Assembly (NCBI GenBank): GCA_031372635.1
Contig: JANMLQ010000081.1
Span: 10,743-74,742 of the forward strand
DNA length: 64,000 bases
From: Akkermansiaceae bacterium
GTDB taxonomy: Bacteria > Verrucomicrobiota > Verrucomicrobiia > Verrucomicrobiales > Akkermansiaceae
Reading direction: 5' to 3'
This document shows, piece by piece, positions 46,414 to 55,769 of this stretch. Every line of letters begins with the position of its first letter. Positions within the stretch are counted from its first letter, which is position 1. The translations under genes and the position numbers were made by a program. The notes under the pieces are model-generated. The model did not search any database. It was not told where the DNA came from and saw only the letters and a program-made list of their open reading frames with translations.

Positions 46414-46896
46414 ATGAAATTGGCGAAATTACTCGGTGCGGATCAGATCGTCCTCGAAATGAGGGCGCTCGAGCATTGGGCCGCCATCACGGAGCTGGTG
46501 GAGCATCTCGTGACCAGCGGGAAAATTCCCGAAGCAAAGCGCGAGGACGTGCTCGCCGCGCTCAAGACCCGCGAGGAGCAGATCAGCACCGGCATCGGCT
46601 GCGGCGTGGCCATTCCCCACGCGTTTTCCGATGAAGGCGATGAAGTGATCGCGGTGTTTGGCCGCTCCCGGCAGGGGATTGATTTCGAGGCGCTCGACAA
46701 GTGCCCGGTGCATTTCATCATCCTCTTCATCGTGCCGAGAAAGGACTACCACCTTCATCTGCAGACGCTGGCCGCGATCGCGAAAATGTTCACCAACATC
46801 GAAATCCGCCGCCAGCTCGGCGTGGCGGAGACGCGCGATGAAGTCCTTGCCATTCTCGATTGCAAGTCGTCCCGCGCGGTCGCTCCCGGCGCTTGA
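46414..46896 (+). CDS. PTS EIIA (fructose/mannitol-type), PtsN-like regulatory protein
   Basis: ORF trimmed to ATG 46414. TGIGCGVAIPHA active-site His region. 160 aa. Confidence 0.82.
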   Translation: MKLAKLLGADQIVLEMRALEHWAAITELVEHLVTSGKIPEAKREDVLAALKTREEQISTGIGCGVAIPHAFSDEGDEVIAVFGRSRQGIDFEALDKCPVHFIILFIVPRKDYHLHLQTLAAIAKMFTNIEIRRQLGVAETRDEVLAILDCKSSRAVAPGA

Positions 46897-46915
46897 AAAC
46901 GCCACCACACACGCC

Positions 46916-48661
46916 ATGACGATTCTCCAGGAACTCGAAAGCCGCCTCACCGCCGCGCTCACCACCACGCTCGGTGAACCCGCATCCGCCGCTGTCACCT
47001 CCGCCGCGGACTTGCGCTTCGGCGACTATCAGACGAATGCCGCCATGGTGCTCGCCAAGCAGCGCAAAACGAACCCACGCGCGCTGGCACAGGAAATCAT
47101 CGACCAACTCCAACTCGACGAACTCGCCACCGCAGACATCGCGGGCCCGGGTTTCATCAACTTCCGCATCCTGCCCGCCGCCTACGCCGCCAAAGCCACT
47201 GCGCTGTTAGGTGATGACAAACTCGGCGTGCCTGCCGTGGGCGAGGGAAAAACCGTGGTCGTCGATTTCTCTGCGCCGAATGTCGCCAAGCCGATGCACA
47301 TCGGCCACATCCGCTCCACGATCATCGGTGACTCGCTCTGCCGCATCGCGCGTTTCCTCGGATTCAAAGTCATCGCAGACAACCACATCGGCGACTGGGG
47401 CACGCAGTTCGGAATGATCATCCACGGTTGGAAGAACTTGATGGACGCCGCCGCGCTCGAAGCCGATCCGATCACCGAGTTGGTCCGCGTTTATCGTGAA
47501 GTCAATGCCGCCACCAAGGACGATCCCGCAGTGCTGGAAACCTGTAAGAGCGAGTTGGTGAAACTCCAAGCTGGCGATGCTGAAAACCTCGCGATCTGGC
47601 AGAAGTGCATCGACGTTTCCAAACTCGGCCTCCAGAAGATCTACGACACGCTGGACGTGAAGTTCGATCACTGGCTCGGCGAGAGTTATTACAACGATCG
47701 CCTCGCCGGCCTCGTCGATGAGTTTCTAACCAAAGGCCTCGCCCGCGAGAGCAACGGCGCGATTTGCATCTTCTCTGACGGCACCAAGAAACCCGAGGAC
47801 GATCCCTTCATGGTCCAGAACAAGGAAGGCTGGACGGACAACCCCGCCATCATCCGCAAGGCCGACGGTGGTTTCCTCTACGCCACCACTGATCTCGCCA
47901 CGATCCAGTTCCGCATCCACGAATGGAAGGCGGACCAGGTCTGGTATGTCGTCGGCGTGCCGCAGCAGCTTCATTTTCGCCAGATCTTCGAAGCCGCCGC
48001 ACGTTGGGGGAAAACCGGGAACTTCCAGCACGTCGCATTCGGCTCCATTCTCGGCGAGGACCGCAAGCTGATGAAGACGCGCACCGGTGACAACGTGCAG
48101 CTCACCGACGTGCTCACCGAAGCCGTCGAACGTGCCGCGAAAATCATCGCTGAGAAAAACCCGGACCTCCAAGGCGCGGAAGCGGCAGAGATCGCGGAGA
48201 TCGTCGGCATCGGCTCCGTGAAGTTCGCAGAGCTATCGCAAGGCCGCCTCACGGACTATGTCTTCAACTGGGACCGCATGCTCGCACTGCAAGGAGACAC
48301 CGCGCCCTATCTCCAGTATTCCACCGTCCGCATCCGCTCGATTTTTAGGAAGCTCGATGAACCCTTCGATGCCGCCAACGCCACGATCACGCTCAACGAA
48401 GAAGCGGAGATTCACCTCGCGCGGCTGCACGCTCGCTTCGGCGAGTTGCTGCCAGTGATCGTCGAGGACTTCCGCCCGAACCTGCTCGCCAACTACCTGC
48501 TGGAGTTGGCCCGCGCCTTCCACTCGTTCTTTGAAGCCTGTCCGGTCCTCAAGTCCGAAGACGCCGTGCGCGCCAGCCGCCTCGCGCTCTGCGAACTCAC
48601 CGCCCGCATCCTCACCACCGGCCTAGGCCTGTTAGGTATCCGCTGCCCGGAGCGGATGTGA
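46916..48661 (+). CDS. argS: arginyl-tRNA synthetase
   Basis: ORF trimmed to ATG 46916. FSAPNVAKPMHIGHIRS (HIGH) and a KMKTRTG-like region (LMKTRTG), plus a DALR anticodon-binding C-terminus. Confidence 0.93.
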   Translation: MTILQELESRLTAALTTTLGEPASAAVTSAADLRFGDYQTNAAMVLAKQRKTNPRALAQEIIDQLQLDELATADIAGPGFINFRILPAAYAAKATALLGDDKLGVPAVGEGKTVVVDFSAPNVAKPMHIGHIRSTIIGDSLCRIARFLGFKVIADNHIGDWGTQFGMIIHGWKNLMDAAALEADPITELVRVYREVNAATKDDPAVLETCKSELVKLQAGDAENLAIWQKCIDVSKLGLQKIYDTLDVKFDHWLGESYYNDRLAGLVDEFLTKGLARESNGAICIFSDGTKKPEDDPFMVQNKEGWTDNPAIIRKADGGFLYATTDLATIQFRIHEWKADQVWYVVGVPQQLHFRQIFEAAARWGKTGNFQHVAFGSILGEDRKLMKTRTGDNVQLTDVLTEAVERAAKIIAEKNPDLQGAEAAEIAEIVGIGSVKFAELSQGRLTDYVFNWDRMLALQGDTAPYLQYSTVRIRSIFRKLDEPFDAANATITLNEEAEIHLARLHARFGELLPVIVEDFRPNLLANYLLELARAFHSFFEACPVLKSEDAVRASRLALCELTARILTTGLGLLGIRCPERM

Positions 48662-48720
48662 CCCCGTGGCGGCGGTTTGCAACCGCCAAGCCTGCATTTC
48701 ATCTCAAAGATGAAGAATTG

Positions 48721-48924
48721 AACCGCGGATTCCGAAGTTGGATGGCAAGTTCGGCCATTTTTAACCACTGAAACACTGAGAACCACTGAAGGAACTGATT
48801 TTGCTTGGACGAATGGCCAAAGCACTTTTCCGTGCTTCATCAATACCGTCAGTGAACTCAGTGGTTCTCAGTGCTTCAGTGGTTTCCCGGCAGGTATCCA
48901 CGAATCAACTTCGGATTTCGGGTT
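48721..48924. repeat. nested inverted-repeat elements downstream of argS
   Basis: Inner pair: 48763-48797 (AACCACTGAAACACTGAGAACCACTGAAGGAACTG) matches the reverse complement of 48850-48884 at about 30/35. Outer pair: 48721-48740 (AACCGCGGATTCCGAAGTTG) against 48906-48924 (CAACTTCGGATTTCGGGTT). Confidence 0.75.
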
Positions 48925-49008
48925 GAACCACAATCGCTGTGCCCGCCGCTCCGCGTGGACTGCGGATTTCACGCTGTTTTGGCTCAAAACCTACCGGCCA
49001 GGTGAGAC

Positions 49009-49338
49009 GTGAAATTTCCCGAAGAATCCATTGGCGTCTTCCGAAAAACCACTCTAGCGTACTTGCTTATGAACGGAATTTACCTTGAAATTCCGGGATC
49101 ACTCCAAGCCCAGTTCGCTATCCCCCCGCAGCAGCTTGAGATGGAGCTCCTCCATAGACTCGTCTCCGCGATGTATGCCGTTGAGCTGGTAGGCGGCTCG
49201 GCTGGCTGCATGATGACGAGCCTCGAAAAATCCAAACTGCATGATTGGCGGTCCTGCCCGGACAGGGTCCAGCCCCTGTGCTCTGCGGATTACGAACTGG
49301 AGCGGCGAAATCTCTCGGAGTGTCTCAGGGGTTTTTGA
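49009..49338 (+). CDS. hypothetical; weak resemblance to UPF0175-type antitoxin
   Basis: AT-richer patch. LEIPGSLQAQFAIPPQQLEMELLHRLVSAMYAVELV loosely recalls UPF0175. A minus-strand ORF overlaps it. Low support. Confidence 0.25.
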   Translation: MKFPEESIGVFRKTTLAYLLMNGIYLEIPGSLQAQFAIPPQQLEMELLHRLVSAMYAVELVGGSAGCMMTSLEKSKLHDWRSCPDRVQPLCSADYELERRNLSECLRGF

Positions 49339-49576
49339 TCCCGCCTTGGGGACAGTCAGCGCAGCACGGCATCCACGGTCCAAGTATGGAACATGAGGTC
49401 TTTGTCGCGTTGCTCGAAGTCCGGCAGCAGGGCATTCGCATCAACTTAAGTATGAGATTGCGAGTTTCCTTAGTGCTGGGTGCTTTCTGCGGTCGGATTT
49501 CACGTGCCTGAGGTCTGGATTGTAGCTGGCGAGATGCCATATCGACTTGGCGAAAAGCATTCCGAACAGTTCTGGG

Positions 49577-50218
49577 TCAGCTCGTTTTCTTGCCGAACCT
49601 CATGATGATTTCTGTGCGCGAGTGGATGTGGAGTTTATCATAAACTTTCCGAATGTGGCTCCGCACGGTATCGATGCTCACTCCCAGCGTTTGGGCGATT
49701 TCCTTGTAGAATTTTCCTTCAATCAGGAGATCGAGAACTTCTTGCTCGCGGCCCGTGAGTGCGCGGTCAGGTTTCGGCGGTGGGCTGCGGTGGAAAAATC
49801 CCACCACCTGCCGTGCGATGTGCGGGGACATCGGCGAGCCACCGGCACTGGCGACCTGAATGGCATCAGCGATCTCCGCAGGTGGTGTGCGCTTTAACAG
49901 GTAGCCGCAGGCACCGGCACGCAGGGCGTCGAATATCAGATGGTCTTCCTCATACATGGTCAGGACGAGGCAGACTAATTCGGGACAGGATTCCTTGAGG
50001 CGGGCAATGCATTCGATGCCATTTGCCCCAGGAAGGTTGATGTCCACAAGGGCCACAGTCGGCCGGTTTTTTGGGATCTCTGATAGCGCGAGTTCGGCGG
50101 ATTGGTAAATCGCCCGGCAATCGACCGCTGTGCCGGGAAGGTCAAAGAATTTTCTCAGCGCCATGGCGTAGGGCTCGTTGTCCTCGATCAGAACGATGGG
50201 AATGGAGGATGGAGTCAT
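49577..50218 (-). CDS. response regulator, NarL/LuxR family
   Basis: REC domain (IVLIEDN...ALVDINLPG...K) plus the LuxR HTH (LTGREQEVLDLLIEGKFYKEIAQTLGVSIDTVRSHIRKVYDKL). Confidence 0.9.
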   Translation of the reverse strand: MTPSSIPIVLIEDNEPYAMALRKFFDLPGTAVDCRAIYQSAELALSEIPKNRPTVALVDINLPGANGIECIARLKESCPELVCLVLTMYEEDHLIFDALRAGACGYLLKRTPPAEIADAIQVASAGGSPMSPHIARQVVGFFHRSPPPKPDRALTGREQEVLDLLIEGKFYKEIAQTLGVSIDTVRSHIRKVYDKLHIHSRTEIIMRFGKKTS

Positions 50219-52356
50219 GTAAGTGGTAGTTTCATTTCAACGACAGTGCCGCCGTTTTCGCTGGGCGGCCAGTCGCAGGTGCCGCCGATGGAATTGAGTC
50301 GCTGGCGCATGTTGAGCAGACCGTCCTTGCCGGGGCCGCTGGGTTCAAGAGGGATACCTTGGCCGTTGTCAGCGAGGCGGATGCTGAAAATGCCGTTTTC
50401 AAGGCGCAAGGTCAGTTCCACGGTGGAGGCGGCGGCGTGTTTGACGATGTTTTGCAGCGCCTCCTTGAAGGCGAGCACTACCTCGTGACGAGCGCCCGCT
50501 CGCAACGCGATTTCCGGCCAAGTGTTAGGCCCGTCGATCCGGCAGGCAATGCCGAGAGGGGAGAGGTAGTGATCGGCGTGTTGGACGAGGAACGCGGCGA
50601 GGGACGCGAGTGTGTCGTTGCGCGGGTTGACGGTCCAGACTGCCTCATCGAGGGCTACCATCGCTTCTCGGGCGCAGATTGTTAGTGCCGAGAGATCCGA
50701 CTTTGCTTCGCATGACATGGGGTGTTCGCGGGCAAAGACATCCTGCAGCACCGCAAGCTGGGCGATGCGTGCGCCCACGTCATCGTGCATGTTGCGAGCG
50801 ATGCGCGAGCGCTCTGCCGTCAGCGCAGATTGCGCTTGGAACGCGGCAATGCGCTTGCGGGAAAAATGCCTGGATACCAGGAAACCGCAGAACAGTGTGC
50901 CGCCAGCAACTAACCACGGAAATGCGCGCGTCTGAGTGAATCTCGCATCGACCGCGAAGGGTAGCCGGGTCACCGATGCATCCCAGGCTCCGTTACTGTG
51001 AGCGGCCTGAATATCTAACTGGTATTCACCAGCAGTCGGACACGGGATTTCCAACAGCAGCGTTCCTGAGGTCTGCCAATCGCCACTCACGCCTTGCAAC
51101 TTCCAGCGATAAAGCCGGTCTTGGGGTTTGCCGAATTGGGGGATTTCCAACTGAAACGCGAGTCGTTGGGCTCCCGGAGAAATCCGCAGCTTTGCTCCGC
51201 CAGCAAGCTGCCGATCATCCGCCTTCGCGGAGACTAGCCGGGCACTGCGGGTTTCATACACTTCCACCTCAGCGAGCATCGGCGAGTTCGGCACCGGATT
51301 TTCGGTGGAAATCCGGAGATAGCGGCCATGAAATTTCCCCTGCCCGTCCGCTGCCCGTAAAATGTCAGCCTCGCCCTGGGCGGGATAGGATCCGTCCGGT
51401 CGATTGAGTGCCTGCCACGTGGGAGCGGCACCTTCCTTGGGATCCTGGTCGTAGAGCCGGATCCGCATCTTGCCGAAGCGGTCCAAACCGTGGAAATCGC
51501 CGCGCTGTCGCAGTAAAATATGATCAATGGTGCGCTGCTTGCCGAGATCGATTTCAAAATAGAAATCCTTGCCCGTCACATCCTCATGCGGGTGGGCGAT
51601 CGTCGATGGCCAACCATCGGTGAGCGCGTCGGCCGTCATCCGAGTATGCCCGAGAAACAGCGGATGGCTCGCTGTGACTGGAGCACCGAGCGCCACATTC
51701 GTTGTCGTCGATGTCACTTCGGCCCGGAACTCGGTAAGCACGAAATCCTTTTCCCCAGACCAAGACATTTGCGGGCCAGAAGGGGGAGTCGTATTGAGGA
51801 ATACCGGAAACACCTCGATTCTGAATCCCGTGATCGCCTTGCCCCGGGTGCGCGCGGAGATCCAATACAGGCTATCAGGAAACGTGCCGGTGATCTTCTG
51901 AGGTGCCTCGTCTGCGATCAGTCGATTTCCCGGCCCGCTCCGCAGAACGGATGTCGTCGCGCCGAAATTGAGAATCGGCAGATCATGCCACGTGCTCTGA
52001 AAATCCGGGTGGGTATCGCTCGTGTAGCTGATGGAAAAATTCGCGAACGAAGCATTCGGCCGACCCGACATGAAAAACATCGTCAAATGCAATAAATCCG
52101 CCTCGATCGGTGTCTCCGCGACAAAGATTGCGGCCTGCGTCTGCTCATACTGTGGTTCAAGGCTCCACCCCTTGGGCGAAACCTCCCAGCCATCGATCGA
52201 GCGTTTCAAGTCCGCTTCGGTTCCTGCGTGGTAAGTCGCCACCACCTCACGGAAGACGACCGAGGCCCCTGCCCATGCAGAAACAGTGAACGCCATCATC
52301 GTAAACGTCGTCAATGCCAGCGCCAAGAGCGGGAGGTGATTTTTCCTCAAAACCAT
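50215..52356 (-). CDS. sensor histidine kinase (HisKA_3/HATPase) with large extracytoplasmic sensor including a discoidin (F5/8 type C)-like module
   Basis: Signal/TM N-terminus; FYFEIDLGKQRTIDHILLRQRGD...GRYLRISTENPV...LAEVEVYE; Y_Y_Y-like YRWKLQGVSGDWQ; TM; RSRIARNMHDDVGARIAQL H-box; HATPase C-terminus. Overlaps the regulator gene by 4 nt. Confidence 0.88.
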   Translation of the reverse strand: MVLRKNHLPLLALALTTFTMMAFTVSAWAGASVVFREVVATYHAGTEADLKRSIDGWEVSPKGWSLEPQYEQTQAAIFVAETPIEADLLHLTMFFMSGRPNASFANFSISYTSDTHPDFQSTWHDLPILNFGATTSVLRSGPGNRLIADEAPQKITGTFPDSLYWISARTRGKAITGFRIEVFPVFLNTTPPSGPQMSWSGEKDFVLTEFRAEVTSTTTNVALGAPVTASHPLFLGHTRMTADALTDGWPSTIAHPHEDVTGKDFYFEIDLGKQRTIDHILLRQRGDFHGLDRFGKMRIRLYDQDPKEGAAPTWQALNRPDGSYPAQGEADILRAADGQGKFHGRYLRISTENPVPNSPMLAEVEVYETRSARLVSAKADDRQLAGGAKLRISPGAQRLAFQLEIPQFGKPQDRLYRWKLQGVSGDWQTSGTLLLEIPCPTAGEYQLDIQAAHSNGAWDASVTRLPFAVDARFTQTRAFPWLVAGGTLFCGFLVSRHFSRKRIAAFQAQSALTAERSRIARNMHDDVGARIAQLAVLQDVFAREHPMSCEAKSDLSALTICAREAMVALDEAVWTVNPRNDTLASLAAFLVQHADHYLSPLGIACRIDGPNTWPEIALRAGARHEVVLAFKEALQNIVKHAAASTVELTLRLENGIFSIRLADNGQGIPLEPSGPGKDGLLNMRQRLNSIGGTCDWPPSENGGTVVEMKLPLT

Positions 52357-52538
52357 CAGGTCCGGGAAAGTTACCCGCCACGCCGGACCTCGTCAACGCA
52401 TCCGCAGAATCTCAATATCACATCTTCATGCGATAGCGCGTCAGCTAAAACCCAGACATTTTTCTTATTTCTCCCCCTGCACTGTTTCTGATTCCCCAAT
52501 GCCCTGATACGAAATTTCTCTCAAAAAGACAAAAAACC

Positions 52539-55500
52539 ATGAAATCCAAAGTCAATCCTCGTCTCCTGTTTTCCAGCACCTTCATCAGCCCGATCGTTGC
52601 GGTACTCACCCTCACCGCGCCTGCAGCGTTCGCCGATACCCTCAACGCAACCGCTGACTTGCGCGTTTTGTTTGGAAACCCTGGCAATGATACTGGCGCT
52701 CTGTCCTTGTATAACAGCGGAGGCAATGTGCAGCGCATCTTTCTCAATTTCGGCCTCAGCTCCTACAGCGGAAACAGCGTCACCACGGATGCGACCCTGA
52801 CACTGCGGGGGGATGCGACTTACGGCGGTAACTTGACCGGCGTCAGCTTGGGGACTGCCAATGCCGCTTGGAATCCGGGCACGATTAATTATGGCAACCA
52901 GCCTAGCCTTACGGCCATTGGCGGCGCGACGAACCCCAACGGTAATTTTGGTAGCGTTGATGTTAATTGGACCATCCCTTGGTATATCGTCGAGAAACTG
53001 GCTACTACCGGCTCCGGCTACAACAACGGTTTGGGTATCACCAGCGGTGCCGGTTCGAGCTTGCATTTTGTATCCACTGTCGGCGGCATAGCTCCTAAGC
53101 TTACCTTTTCAGCCGCCACCGGTGCCAGCAGCACTTGGGCCGGCGGCGATGGCAACTGGACTGACACTGCCAACTGGGCGACCACCACAGTGGCGGAGGG
53201 AATCGACCAAGTGGCGACCATCAATGGCGTCACCGCAGTGATTATCACCATGGACGCCAACCGCTCGGTCGGTACACTTGCCTTCTCCGGGGCCGACCAC
53301 ACCATCGACAGCGGCAATCTCGCTCTCAACGTCACCTCGGGATCGCCGACGGTCAGCGTTGAAACCGGGCGGATCGCCACCATCGGTGCTGCGATTTTCG
53401 GCATTGACGGACTTACCAAGACCGGTGCGGGCACGCTGACACTGATTGGCGCGAGCACCTACACCGGTGCGACCACCTTCACGGACGGAGTTCTGAGCGT
53501 GGAGACGATCGGCAATGGCGGTGTCTCCAGCGGCAACCTCGGCTCGGCCACCAGCGCGGCGGCCAATCTGGTTTTTAATGGCGGTACTTTACAATACACC
53601 GGGGCCACGGCCGCCACTAATCGCAACTTCACGATCAACGCAGGCAAGACGGCGGTCTTCGACATCACTGCGAACAACCTCACCCTCACTGGCACGGCCC
53701 CCGCGACCAACGGTGGACTCACTAAGACCGGTGCGGGCACGCTCACGATCGAAGCCGCTCAGATTTACACCGGCAGCACCACGGTCAATGAGGGCGGGCT
53801 TACCCTTACTGCCACCGGTTTGATCGATGCCGCCAGTAACATTCAGGTCAATTCGGGCACGCTCGCCATTACTAGCCGTACTTTGGCGAATAACATGGTC
53901 TTAAACGGCGGCGTCGTGCAGGGCTTGCAGGATAATGCGGGAACAGGCGGAACCATCACCTATTCCGGCGGAAATGTGGTCCACACCTTCACCGCTTCGG
54001 GTTCCCTCGACCTTCCGGTGGCAGTCGGCTCTGCCAGTCAACTGATCGTCGGCGGCGGCGGTGGCGGCGGCGCGGGAGTAAATAGTAACGTCTATGCCGC
54101 GGGCGGCGGCGGCGGACAAGTTTTAAACCTCACCGCGCAAGCGCTTGCTTCCGGCACCACCTCCGTCGTGGTGGGGGCCGGTGGGGCGGGAGGACCTGAT
54201 TCGGTCGGTGGCACAGCGGGCGGTGCGAGTTCGATCGGCGGGAATACTGCTGCCGGTGGTTTAGGTGCCGTAGGCAATAACGGAACGGGCGGAACCAGCG
54301 GATCCGGGAATTTGGGTTCAGGTAGATACAATGGCTACTATGGTGGTGGCGGCGGCGGCAATTCTGCAGCCGGTGCCAGTAATGGCCACGGTGGCGCGGG
54401 AACACTCGGTACCATTACAGGATCGTATTATGGCGGTGGTGGAGGCGGCGGTTCGAATGAAGGTGACAGGCAGGGCGGCGTTGGCGGCGGCGGTAATGGC
54501 AGTGGGAGCGTCGGGACGGCGAATACAGGCGGCGGCGGCGGCGCCACTGGCGTCGGAGCAGCCGGTGGCTCAGGCATTGTCATCGTCGAATACGCCTATG
54601 CGGTGTTGGGTGGTGGCGTGGTTACCCTCAACGGGACTGTTGACCTGCAATCCGCTTCTACCTTGGACGCGTATGGAACCGGCGGCATGCTGAATGTTAC
54701 CGGGCTGATCTCCTCCTCCGTGGGGAGCGGTGGCCTCACAATCGCCTCATCGAGTGCTTCAGGCGGCGTCGTGCGTTTCGGCTCGGCCAATACCTACCTC
54801 GGAAATACGACGGTCAATAGCGGTGCCACGTTGCGCATGAATACCACCAACGCCCTGCCCAGCGGCAGCGGCAAAGGGAACCTAAGCCTCAACGGCACAC
54901 TCGACCTCAACGCCCAAGCGACCACCAGCCTCAATGGCTTGAGCGGGGCTGGCACGATTGACAACACCACCGGGGCCGGTACCTACGCGCTGTCGGTGGG
55001 TAATAATAACCAGACCAGTAATTTTGGCGGCGTGATCCAAGATACCACCGGCACCCTCGGCCTGACCAAGACTGGCACCGGCATCCAGACACTCAGCGGC
55101 ACCAATACCTACAGCGGCGATACCACCGTCAATGCCGGGACGCTCAAGCTCACCAGCCCAAACACCAGCAACCAAGCGTCCACTGTGACAATCGCCGCCA
55201 CCGGGGCCACACTCGAACTCGATTTTGTCGGCACAGACACCGTGGACAATCTCTTCATTGGCGCTACCCAGATGGCGGATGGAGTTTACAAATCTAACAC
55301 CAACCCTGGAGCGGGTACCGCAATCGCACAGATCACCGGTGCTGGCACTCTCACCGTAGGCGGTTCTCCCTCGAATTACGCCTCGTGGGCGAATGATCCA
55401 TTGAAAGGAAATATTCCTGGCGAGCCATCCACGGGTGACTTTGACAACGATGGCCTCACCAACCTCACCGAGTATGCGCTCGGCAAAAATCCACGGACCT

Positions 55501-55736
55501 CCAGCCAGCCAGCGGGCGTTCTCTCGGGTAACATCATCACCTTCACCAAAGGTGCCGATGCCATTGCCAACGGCGATGTTTCTTGGGTGATCGAGACTTC
55601 CACCACGCTGGCCCCAGGCTCATGGACTCCACAAGTCACCCAGCCTGCCGGAGATCCCACGGCCACCATCTCCTACACCCTCACCCCATCAAGCCCGGCG
55701 GCCAATTTCGCCCGCCTCAAGATCACCCAAAACTGA
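52539..55736 (+). CDS. giant surface protein: DNRLRE-like N-domain, autotransporter-associated beta-strand repeats, Gly-rich domain, C-terminal DxDxDG/EYALG module
   Basis: Signal peptide, repeated GAGTLTLxGxxTYTGxTT units, Gly-rich block ending GGSGIVIVEYA, C-terminal DFDNDGLTNLTEYALGKNP...FARLKITQN. No PEP-CTERM. Confidence 0.85.
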   Translation: MKSKVNPRLLFSSTFISPIVAVLTLTAPAAFADTLNATADLRVLFGNPGNDTGALSLYNSGGNVQRIFLNFGLSSYSGNSVTTDATLTLRGDATYGGNLTGVSLGTANAAWNPGTINYGNQPSLTAIGGATNPNGNFGSVDVNWTIPWYIVEKLATTGSGYNNGLGITSGAGSSLHFVSTVGGIAPKLTFSAATGASSTWAGGDGNWTDTANWATTTVAEGIDQVATINGVTAVIITMDANRSVGTLAFSGADHTIDSGNLALNVTSGSPTVSVETGRIATIGAAIFGIDGLTKTGAGTLTLIGASTYTGATTFTDGVLSVETIGNGGVSSGNLGSATSAAANLVFNGGTLQYTGATAATNRNFTINAGKTAVFDITANNLTLTGTAPATNGGLTKTGAGTLTIEAAQIYTGSTTVNEGGLTLTATGLIDAASNIQVNSGTLAITSRTLANNMVLNGGVVQGLQDNAGTGGTITYSGGNVVHTFTASGSLDLPVAVGSASQLIVGGGGGGGAGVNSNVYAAGGGGGQVLNLTAQALASGTTSVVVGAGGAGGPDSVGGTAGGASSIGGNTAAGGLGAVGNNGTGGTSGSGNLGSGRYNGYYGGGGGGNSAAGASNGHGGAGTLGTITGSYYGGGGGGGSNEGDRQGGVGGGGNGSGSVGTANTGGGGGATGVGAAGGSGIVIVEYAYAVLGGGVVTLNGTVDLQSASTLDAYGTGGMLNVTGLISSSVGSGGLTIASSSASGGVVRFGSANTYLGNTTVNSGATLRMNTTNALPSGSGKGNLSLNGTLDLNAQATTSLNGLSGAGTIDNTTGAGTYALSVGNNNQTSNFGGVIQDTTGTLGLTKTGTGIQTLSGTNTYSGDTTVNAGTLKLTSPNTSNQASTVTIAATGATLELDFVGTDTVDNLFIGATQMADGVYKSNTNPGAGTAIAQITGAGTLTVGGSPSNYASWANDPLKGNIPGEPSTGDFDNDGLTNLTEYALGKNPRTSSQPAGVLSGNIITFTKGADAIANGDVSWVIETSTTLAPGSWTPQVTQPAGDPTATISYTLTPSSPAANFARLKITQN

Positions 55737-55769
55737 TCCCCGCCTTCCTAAACCTCGAAAATTAAAACC

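Noticed and set aside
54092-54405. Pro-rich minus-strand ORFs opposite the Gly-rich cassettes (also 57224-57562), and a collagen-like reading of the Gly-rich region
   Set aside because: Poly-Gly codons (GGN) read as Pro/Ala on the opposite strand. The plus-strand Gly blocks are irregular, not Gly-X-Y triplets, and are embedded in a continuous 1065/924-aa frame.
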